Assembly: GCA_015680685.1 (NCBI GenBank)
Contig: MNCI01001640.1
Coordinates: forward strand, 63,563-127,562
Direction of reading: 5' to 3'
Length of the DNA: 64,000 nt
Source: Gnetum montanum
Lineage: Eukaryota > Plantae > Gnetophyta
Below are positions 1 to 8,602 of this stretch, one piece after another. Made by a program: the position numbers and the translations under genes. The notes beneath the pieces are model-generated. The model was not told where the DNA came from and searched no databases. It saw nothing but the letters and a program-made list of their open reading frames with translations. Position 1 is the stretch's first letter. The number at the start of each line of letters is the position of its first letter.

Positions 1-734
1 CCCAGATCCAATGCAAGCTCCGCAACCCTCGGGCACTAAGTTCTCGATCCTCAGGAAAACCCATGTCGATGGCCCCATTTGTCAAAAAAGCCAGAATCTT
101 TTGCGCAGAACCCATCAGCAGGTGCTCTAACAGGGCACACGCGATGTCATTAGACAAATCAGACCATATGATGATGCTAAAGTTGCTCAGCAAGAACTGC
201 AGGAACTCCAGTGCACCCTGTCGAAACCATATTGCTTTCCCTTGCAACCGCGTGTGCGGGGGAGGGACATTGGGGACGATGGGGTTTATACAACACAAAA
301 CCCCAACGATATCCAGCACAATCAAAGTGGGCTTTAGCGCAACACTGTACAGAAAACCAATACACACATAACACCTACATTTACATTTGCATCACTAACG
401 CAGAAAACTCATAAATTACACCTAGCTATTCAAGCCGACATCGCCCAAACCCTTGCAATGATGCAAGGTTCGTCCCTGACAACGGTGATAGATGCAACTG
501 CACCAAACCCTCGCATTAACCCGAGGTCCGCAATTTTGACATTTACATTCACACAAGAGACATCACGAAAAAATAGACATTAAGAACAAGCATAAGCACA
601 GGACGAATGGCCTACCGGTTCAAAGGCGTCGAGTCGCAAACATTGACCAGCGCGTGCGAAATACGATTCAAATTTTCTTGCACTTCATCGATTTTGGCCA
701 GTTTTGCGTTCTTCCTCTTCGTCTTCGGTGCCAT
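1..734 (-). CDS. Antisense spliced accessory gene of copy A: exon 1 (734-616) and exon 2 (344-<1); FCP1/NIF HAD-phosphatase-like domain
   Basis: Exon 1 MAPKTKRKNAKLAKIDEVQENLNRISHALVNVCDSTPLN|GTAGG; acceptor TTTTCTGTACAG at 345; exon 2 open: KPTLIVLDIVGVLCC...AIWFRQGALEFLQFLLSNFSIIIWSD...LRSLHWIW; no stops; homologous exons in copies B and F. Confidence 0.85.
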
Positions 735-887
735 TGTGATGATTTCAGAATTTCTTCATAGCCTAACGCTTGCAAATCTTCACAAGATTACACACTCTAA
801 TCTTCTGCTCTTCCTTCTCTTGATCAAAAATGGTTACGAATTCAAATTCACGATAGCCAACAACCTATTTTCATCGAAAAACCACTT

Positions 888-897
888 ACTTATATGC
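888..897 (-). promoter_or_regulatory. Candidate TATA box of the antisense gene (copy A)
   Basis: CATATAAG on the minus strand about 155 bp upstream of the ATG; TATAAATA lies at a similar distance in copies B and F. Confidence 0.5.
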
Positions 898-1120
898 GAG
901 GATCACCGACTTGATCTCCAATTCCAGTGGGACTTTCCTAAAATGGAACCCAAAAATCTGGGTATCAATGCGACTGACATCGCACGCACTTCTGTCTGAA
1001 ATGACGTTAAACTACCAAATCTTATCGTCTCGTAATTGGGTAGCATTGATTACAACTTCATTACAAAATTTAAAATTCTGTTAGCTTTCCACGTTTGCTA
1101 GCCATCATGGCATCTTCTTC

Positions 1121-1151
1121 CTAACCATTTAGGCACTTTGTGGTTTTGTAG
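1121..1151 (+). promoter_or_regulatory. Candidate branch point and 3' splice acceptor immediately upstream of the pol ATG
   Basis: CTAAC...TTTGTGGTTTTGTAG|G, 12 nt before ATG 1164; equivalent TTGAC...TTGTGGTAG|G 11 nt before the pol ATG in copy F. Confidence 0.55.
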
Positions 1152-1163
1152 GACAAACAACAA

Positions 1164-3984
1164 ATGGACGCAACACTATCAACACCTTTAACTTTGACTG
1201 GCCCATATGGAAAGGTAGTTAGGCAATTTGATCCCGCGTTTATAGACGTTAACCTCCCTTTAGAAGACGTAACCATAGCTGCATCGGAGACATCCGCAGA
1301 ATGGCCAGAACAGTCGACGCGCATGCTAGACCTGGAGGCTGGGGATATAACCGAGGACCCCCTCAGTGAGCTCCCTATCATTACGCATAAGGGTGAGACT
1401 AAAATGCTCAAAGTCAGTTCTTTGTTAGAACAAAGAACGCACAACGCCATAAAACAGGTCCTGCAAGACAACATTAGTGTCTTTGCATGGTCATACGAGG
1501 ATATGCCTAGGTTAGATCCTAGGTTAATCCAGCATAACATCATCCTAGACCCACAAATTAAAGCGGTTAGGCAAAAGGCATGCAAAATCAAGCTAGAGAT
1601 CGCACTAGCCGTGCGTGATGAAATCACCAAGCTATACTAGGCTGGTTTCATCCGTGTGGTCGATTACTCGGATTGGGTGTCCAAGATTGTAGTCGTTCCA
1701 AAGAAAACTGGAAGCATACGCATCTGCATAAACTTCCGGGATTTGAATAAGGCCACAATCAAGGATAACTTCCCGTTGCCGAGTATCGACCAGCTAGTGG
1801 ATACAACAGCTGGGCATGCACTTCTGTCCTTCATGGATGGCTTTTCAGGCTATAACCAGATTCGCATTAACCCAGAGTATCAATTGACCATGACGTTCAT
1901 GACACCCTGGGGCACCTTTTGCTATACTATGATGCCTTTTGGCCTGAAGAACGCCGGAGCAACGTACCAACGGGCCATGACATACATCTTCAGCGATTAC
2001 CTCCTGGGAAAGTTGAATGATTACGTAGATGACATAGCTGTCAAGTCTTTGAAGTCGGAGGATCATTCAGGGGACCTCGAGTTAGTCCTTAAAAGATGCT
2101 CCAAATACGAGCTCCGGTTTAACCTAAAGAAGTGCATATTCAGAGTCAAACCAGATGCATGCTGGGGTTTGTGGTATCGGAAACCGGCATATGAGTTGAC
2201 ACTGATAAGGTCAAAGCCATTGTCGAGTTAATGCCTCCAACAGACCTCAAGCAATTACGCGGGTTATAGGGACGCTTACAGTTCATACGCCGATTCATCT
2301 CGAGATTAATCGACAAGCTGCACCCTATGCAACATTTGCTAAAGAAGGGGGTTAATTTCGAATGGACGGAGAATTGCCAACGTGTGTTCGATAGCATTAA
2401 ACAGGAATTGCAATATTTGCCGACGGTTTTCCTGCCACAAAGGGATTTGCCATTTTACATTTACCTCGCAACTTCGAATGTAGCAATAGCAGTGTTACTT
2501 TGTCAAAAGAGGGATGATGGGTCGGAAGTGCCCATCTACTACTTGATTCACACTCTATGTACGTACGAAACAAGGTATAATGACGTCGAGCATCATTGCT
2601 TAGCATTAGTTTTTACACTTAATAAATGTAGGCATTATCTTTTTCGTAGTCAAGTTAACGTCATCTGTAAAAACAACATTCTTAGAGCCATTACGCATAG
2701 CTTATACGAGAGTAGTAAAATAGCTCGTTGGAAGGCTATCACGGCAAAATTCGATCTGCACTATATTGGCCAATCATCCACGAAAGGCCAAGCGATAGCT
2801 GACCAGTTAATAACTTCACTGATTAACAATTAAGCAGCCATAGAGCCAGAGTTCCCGAACGAACATGTACATAGTCTAAGCTCTGTCTCGACAGGCCTCG
2901 AAGCAACATTATATTTCGACGGAGCTTCCACTGCTAGAGGCAGTAGTGCTGCCACTGTTCTTATGCTATCGCCTGAGGATGTGTGTCTACATGCTTATCA
3001 CTTGACCTTCCCTTATATGAACAATGTAGCAGAGTACGAGGGGCTCCTCAGGGGATTAATAACTACTGGTGAACTCGATGTTCAACACTTGGTGGTTAGG
3101 GGTGATTCGATGCTTGTCATAAATCAAATCACTAGAGTCTACACCTGCAAAGCTGGAGTCAACGATGGGGACTGGACATCATAGGACCCATCACCCCAAA
3201 ATTTTCCACAGGTCATAGCTTCATTATTACCGCTACTGAGTATTTTACAAAGTGGGTAGAGGCTGTTCCTTTATGGAAGATCACTTCTCAGCAGATTTGC
3301 CATTTTATCTTAGAGAATATAGTAACCAGATTTGGTCTCCCGATGACTATTGTGACAGACAATGGGCCATAGTTTAGTAGAATGGAAACCAAATCCTTCT
3401 GTGATAATCTAAACATTAGACAATCTTTTTCTTTCCCTTATTACCCACAAGTGAATGGTCAAGCTGAAGCAATAAACAAAGTAATCATCAATCTACTCAA
3501 GAAAATGCTCGATGGCAACAAAAGGTGGTGGCACGAATAGATCCTCTATGTGCTATGGGCATATCGTACTACCTATAGGACAGCTACAGGTAGTACGCCC
3601 TATAGCCTGGTGTATGGGTCTGAAGCAGTGCTTCCTCTCGAGTTGCAAATCCCTTCTTTGAGAATGGTCCTCTCCGTAGTTATAAATGAGGCTCAACACA
3701 CGGAGTCTCGAATCACAGATCTGGATTTAGTAGAAGAGAAGTGGATACAGGCTCTTGACACGATTGAAAGATATCAAGACAAACAGCAACAAAAACATCG
3801 CCACAACCTTAAACAGCGCCCGATCAAGAAAGGAGATCTTGTTCTCAAGGTTGTACGTGAACCAGTAGGCAAGTTCTCTGCAAACTGGGAAGGCCCTTTC
3901 TTGGCGATCGATGTGTACAACAACGGTGCATTCAAATTAGCAGACCCTGTAAATCATGTGTACTTGAAGCGGTATTACATCTAG
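1164..3984 (+). pseudogene. pol: pol (RT-RNaseH-aRH-integrase) of copy A, with stops, frameshifts and an internal deletion near 3155
   Basis: RT: ICINFRDLNKA, SFMDGFSGYNQI, MPFGLKNAGATYQRAM, YVDD; aRH: LYFDGAS, NNVAEYEGLLRGL, VRGDSMLV; INT: WGLDIIGP, YFTKWVEA, TDNG, LWAYRTT..TGSTPYSLVYGSEAVLP, NWEGPF; no chromodomain. Confidence 0.95.
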
Positions 3985-4017
3985 CAGCATCTATGGTGTC
4001 GACAGCAGGTATGGTAG

Positions 4018-4480
4018 TGCTCGTCCGCTATGACGTAAAACTAGCATCACGTGTCCGCTACGATGTTAAACTGGCACTGAGCATCCACCATGACACTAAA
4101 CTGGCATTCCTTGCATGCGTCCGCCATGACGCTAAACTGGCAAGTTGTAACCATCCGCTATGACGTAAAACTGGCAATGTTGTACAGGTCCGCCAAGACG
4201 AAAAACTGGCATCTTTTGCACGTGTCCACCATGATGCTAAACTGGTGCAGATACGTAGCCTTCTGCTGAGACATAAAACCAACACAGCTCTGTCCTTGGG
4301 CCATGACATGAAACGGGCATCCACAACACGGTTTGCTGAGACCATAAATCATACATACCACCGTCCGCTACGACGTAAAACTAGCACTTCTCGGTCTGCC
4401 CGGACTTTAAACTGGGACCATGGTCAGCTGGGACTTAAAACTAGTAACGACGGTCTACCAGGACTCAAAACTGGGACTTA
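4018..4480 (+). repeat. Array of about 12 short hairpin-like units with variable linkers, 3' of integrase
   Basis: Repeated CGTC-N6-GACG-TAAAACTRG and GGTC-N6-GACT-YWAAACTRG units. Confidence 0.9.
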
Positions 4481-5780
4481 CAGGCTACTACCATGTAAAT
4501 CAAGTGAGCGTGATCATCTCTGTACAGCTGCACAGCCAACGGGGTGGGATACTGGGACAGTCTCGGCGTCATCACCCCACTGGCATCCTACTGATTCCTC
4601 AGATAAGTTTAGAGGCATCTTACTGATCCCTCGGAGATGCCGCCATTGCGCCCACTATAGCGGTGGTACCTCTGAGAGTTTAGTCTCACCAGCTAGAGCC
4701 TCGACGAAATCCTCGTCGATAGTGACTTCGGCGATCTCCGCCAATCATCGCCATCGGACGCCAGCTTCGAAAATTCATCTGGCTGGTTCCTTGTACAACC
4801 AGTTAGCTGCACTGTGTCTGATGCCTTTTGGCGAAGATATGCAGAGCCAATCATTAGGATTTGCGGCTCCGCCCGCATGCTCCAGCTCCTTCTTTACAGC
4901 CCAATCGCTCTATCTCACATCAAACGGTGTTTGTTTCAACAACCTCGCCTCTTGTTCACATAAGCAATGGTGTCCTCTGCTTTCTTTTGTGGTTGCAGGT
5001 TACTTACCTTGGAGGATGTTGTTCAAAGGTGCGTCCATCTGAGCGGTGAAGTACAACAACATGTTGAAATGGATGCTCAGGTTTGCCGACTACTTAGCTC
5101 TACACCACTATACCTCTCGCAACCCTACCCTTGGCTCTTATTCCCTTTCATCCCCACCACCCGCTTCCCATATGCAAAAGCACAAGTATTCATTTTCCGC
5201 ACTCACGCTAGTAGAGATATCACAGAAGTGATGCACCACGCTCCTTCTGCAAGCATTCCTGCTACAATCCATAATAGAGAAATCTCAGATTGATGCGCTA
5301 CGCTCGTCTGAAAGCATTCCTGTTGACATCAGTGTACGTATGTTTCTGTGCGTACAAGCGCATTTCATGCCCCTACCATCATAACTCATTTTGCATCTCC
5401 CCTTAACCTGTTTCTAGCCATATCCTTCTATCTCCCATTTCCTCTAGCTTTGCTTTGCCATGTTGACAGGGCAATCCTTGAGTAGCCATGGATGGACGTT
5501 GTTCTTGCTTCTACCGATCCGGTGTTTCGTATTCTTTGTCGACTTCTTTCGGGTAAGCCCTCCAACCGTCAACAAAGAGGGGCCATTGAAACACCGTAAA
5601 AAATCGCGAGTTAGCCTTAGGCAAAGATTCGCAATTCAGGCAAGGATGCATCTCAGCATTCCAGAGAGGGGAATAAGACAGAGCAACACCAAGAGACACG
5701 TAGCATCAAGTCCGCAACTTCTTCTGCAGATTCCTAATCTTTCTATGCGTTTGCTGTTTACGGTATATCACGTGACATAG

Positions 5781-7045
5781 TGTAATGATGCTTAGCGTGA
5801 TAGTGTTTCGACATAGTCCAGCATCAGAAGGATAGTTTCTTCAGCATGGGAAGAAGCTTGAGCAGCATGATATGCGATTTCCTGTATATTTTGCTAAGTC
5901 TTTAGTTCAAAGACAGGTTTACGCTCTGTTACGCACGGTAGCGTAATAAACTCCAGAACAGTCAAAAGCAAAGTCTAAGAAAACACGACTGCTCAATCAT
6001 ACGCTCATCACGCAACAGAGCGTATCGCAACGTATTGCATTACGAAACTAGACATTGCTTACGCTTCACTACGCGCGGCTGCGTAAGAGAGCGTAAAATG
6101 GCTTTTATTCTATTATTCCCATATTACATTATGCTCATACATGCAACACAGTGTGAATGAGCGTAATGTAACCCAAGACAGTTGGAACATGCCCAACGCG
6201 CATCTCTTCTTCACACGCACAATACACGAATGAGCGTATTGTGCGTAATCAAGAAATTTGATGAAAAATTGGTCAAGTCAACAGCGCCCGAAACACGTGG
6301 GACACACGTCATCAGAGTTGCACGTTTTCCATGGAGCGTCGTAGCCTATAAATACCTCAATTGATAGAGATACAAGGGTTGGCAAATCAGAGAAGCAGAG
6401 GCATTTTTCTGAGCACCAGAGCACTTATCACTTTTGGAGCAGAGATATAGAGAGCAGCGCCTTGACAATTGTTGCCAGTATCACCTTACAGTGGAAACAG
6501 AGCACAGTTCGCTTTGAGCACCGGTGACAGGAGTAATCGTTCTGCTGGGAAGACTCTATCAGTCAGAAGCAATTGATCGGTAGACGTCAAAGCTTGGCCT
6601 TCCTTGCATCTCGGCTTTAGCCCACGAGGTAGATCTGACTTTTGTTTGGACCATCTTGCTTGTTGTTCTATGCTTGCTTCACATCCAGTAATTGGGGATT
6701 CCCCAGTGTAATTTCTCATACAAAATATACATTTTTCAACTCAAACCGCAGATCTTGAAACTACGTGCTTCTCTTATGTCAGCCTCCATTTATCATGTTT
6801 AGCGTTATCATCGTTGCAATCCATCTACATCGTTTCCCCCTCATTTTACGATTCCTTGAATTAGATCATTTTCATGGAATATTCACCGGTTTACTGATTA
6901 GTAAGTCCTTGTCTAATCGACGAGACCGTTCAGGGTGCCGCGGATTCGTTTCTCCTAGAATAGCCCTCGCGCGGATCTGTGGCTAAGACTGTGTACACCG
7001 GATTTGGTTGGTATTATCCAGCTACCGACGTTTTCCATCGTTACA
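5781..7045 (+). repeat. LTR (probable 3' LTR of copy A), about 1.26 kb
   Basis: Termini TGTAATGATG...CATCGTTACA; CTATAAATA near 6347; 3' end resembles the LTR end of copy B (CCGACGTTTT); no PBS follows; no clear PPT precedes. Confidence 0.7.
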
Positions 7046-7320
7046 CCTATGTCATCGCCTAACAACCAAGCGGGCGCAGGTAATGAAGGGGAATCATCTG
7101 AAAAACATGAACCACTTAAAACGACAGCTTCGAACAAGAATGACAAACCAACAAAACACGAAATAAAATTGTTGGGCCCAATGGACCCAGTTATCATTAA
7201 TAAAAATGCTCCAAACAGTAAATATTTAACAATGGCCTTGACATAAGTCACCCAAGCATTGAAGCAAAAGAACACTTCGTTGAGCTTGTATGACTTGGTG
7301 CTAACATCCAAAACACATTG
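7046..7320 (+). pseudogene. Fragment of the gag-protease linker from another Tat-like element
   Basis: EIKLLGPMD...QALKQKNTSLSLYDLVLTSKTH matches EIHLLG..KKALK.KNTTLNLYDLAMTSTTHH in copy B (about 14720-14880, minus). Confidence 0.75.
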
Positions 7321-7963
7321 ATAAGTTGATAAGTTGATTAATACTTGGTAGTGGGAAGTCATCTTTGATCGTTGCTTTGTTCATATCCTGGAAGTCTATA
7401 CAGATTTTTATTCCTCTCATTTTCTTAGAAAATATAATGATGTTCAATACCTATTCTAAGTAATCAACTGCTTGGATTAAACCAGCCTGATACAACTTAG
7501 TGATTTCATTGCGTATGACTAGTGTGACCTCTAGTTTAATCTTGTGATCCTTTTGTTTCACTGCGTTCACATGCAAGTCTAAGATAATGTTATGTTATAT
7601 AACCCTCAGATCTAAGCCCGACATGTCATTATAGGACCATGAAAATACCTTGATGTTGTCTTGAAGGATCTTGAATACATCTTTATGCATTTGTGAATCT
7701 TGGACGGAGCTAAGTTTAACGTCTTTATGTTTCCCCTGGATGTAGTCATAGGTGTTTCAATGAGAGGGTCCTTAGTTACATCACAAGCCTCTAAATCTAT
7801 GGCTTGTACCAGATGATCAAGCCAGTCTAGCGATGTTTCTAAGGATGCCACAGTGCTATCAGTGGATGATTCCCAGTCTATTGACTCTAGGTTTAATTAT
7901 CTTGTAATTGCCATGTGGGCCTACCAAGGCTAGAAGTGTAGATAGATCATGATGCATGGCCAT
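7321..7963 (-). pseudogene. pol: 5' part of pol (pre-RT and RT start), copy B
   Basis: ATG at 7963 (MAMHHDLSTLLALVGPHG, homologous to MDATLSTPLTLTGPYG of A); DDFPLPSINQLIN at the truncation point. Confidence 0.85.
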
Positions 7964-8109
7964 TCTTCTTTAACTTGCCACAATAAGATAAAAGCCAAGT
8001 CAGGTGATACCTATCTGTAGCAACAGTGCATAGTAAACATTTGTAAAGAAATAATGAGATATGAAATGGTTGAAATAATTGTTGACTACGATACAAAGTA
8101 TGCAAGCTT

Positions 8110-8326
8110 CCAGTTTAAGGTCATAGAAAACCACCTAGATGTAGAGTTGTAGTTTAAAATGGCTAGTTTAAGGTCTTTGTGGACCACTAACTTGGTCGAA
8201 ACTATTAGTTTAAGGTCTTTGCAGACCGTTAATGCGTTAGGTTTGTAATTCAAAACTATTAGTTTAAGGTCTTTGCAGACCATTAATGGGTTATTTTTGC
8301 AAATGTAAGTTGCTAGTTTAAGGTGG
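8110..8326 (-). repeat. Hairpin-motif array upstream of pol (copy B), about 5 units
   Basis: TAGTTTAAGGTCTTTG(T/C)(G/A)GACC repeated with different linkers. Confidence 0.9.
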
Positions 8327-8460
8327 GATAAAAGTTTTGGTTGGGCCCACCTGCTATAATGCAAATATTGATGCTACACTATGGTGAGAGTGATACACTA
8401 TACAGAGTGTCCTACATTAATCAGGGCACGAAAATGGCAAGTTCTTTTCACGACGTTGGA

Positions 8461-8469
8461 TATAAATAG
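8461..8469 (+). promoter_or_regulatory. TATA box of the antisense gene (copy B)
   Basis: TATAAATAGGGG about 140 bp upstream of ATG 8603; conserved in copy F near 50054. Confidence 0.7.
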
Positions 8470-8602
8470 GGGTTCACCCCTAGGAAACTCATCATTTTCA
8501 TTATAAGATCATAGATCCCACATCCAGAGTGTACAGTGGTTGTATTCATAGAAAGAAAAGAGATTTAGCATAGTAATTAATAATGAATTTGCAATCTAGA
8601 CA

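Larger units (their letters stand above)
1..7045 (+). mobile_element. Ty3/gypsy Tat/Ogre-like LTR retrotransposon, copy A (5' part outside window)
   Basis: RT, RNase H, archaeal-type RNase H and integrase remnants in order at 1164-3984; antisense spliced gene upstream; LTR-like block ending ...CATCGTTACA at 7045. Confidence 0.9.

Noticed and set aside
63-999. Plus-strand ORFs 63-371, 211-414 and 607-999
   Set aside because: They are antisense shadows of the spliced minus-strand accessory gene and its promoter
4018-4480. Hammerhead or other known self-cleaving ribozyme array
   Set aside because: The CUGAnGA and GAAA core boxes are not present in the units
4245-5042. 265-aa plus-strand ORF as an env-like gene
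   Set aside because: It begins inside the repeat array, has no recognisable domain, and the better protein-like signal is on the opposite strand
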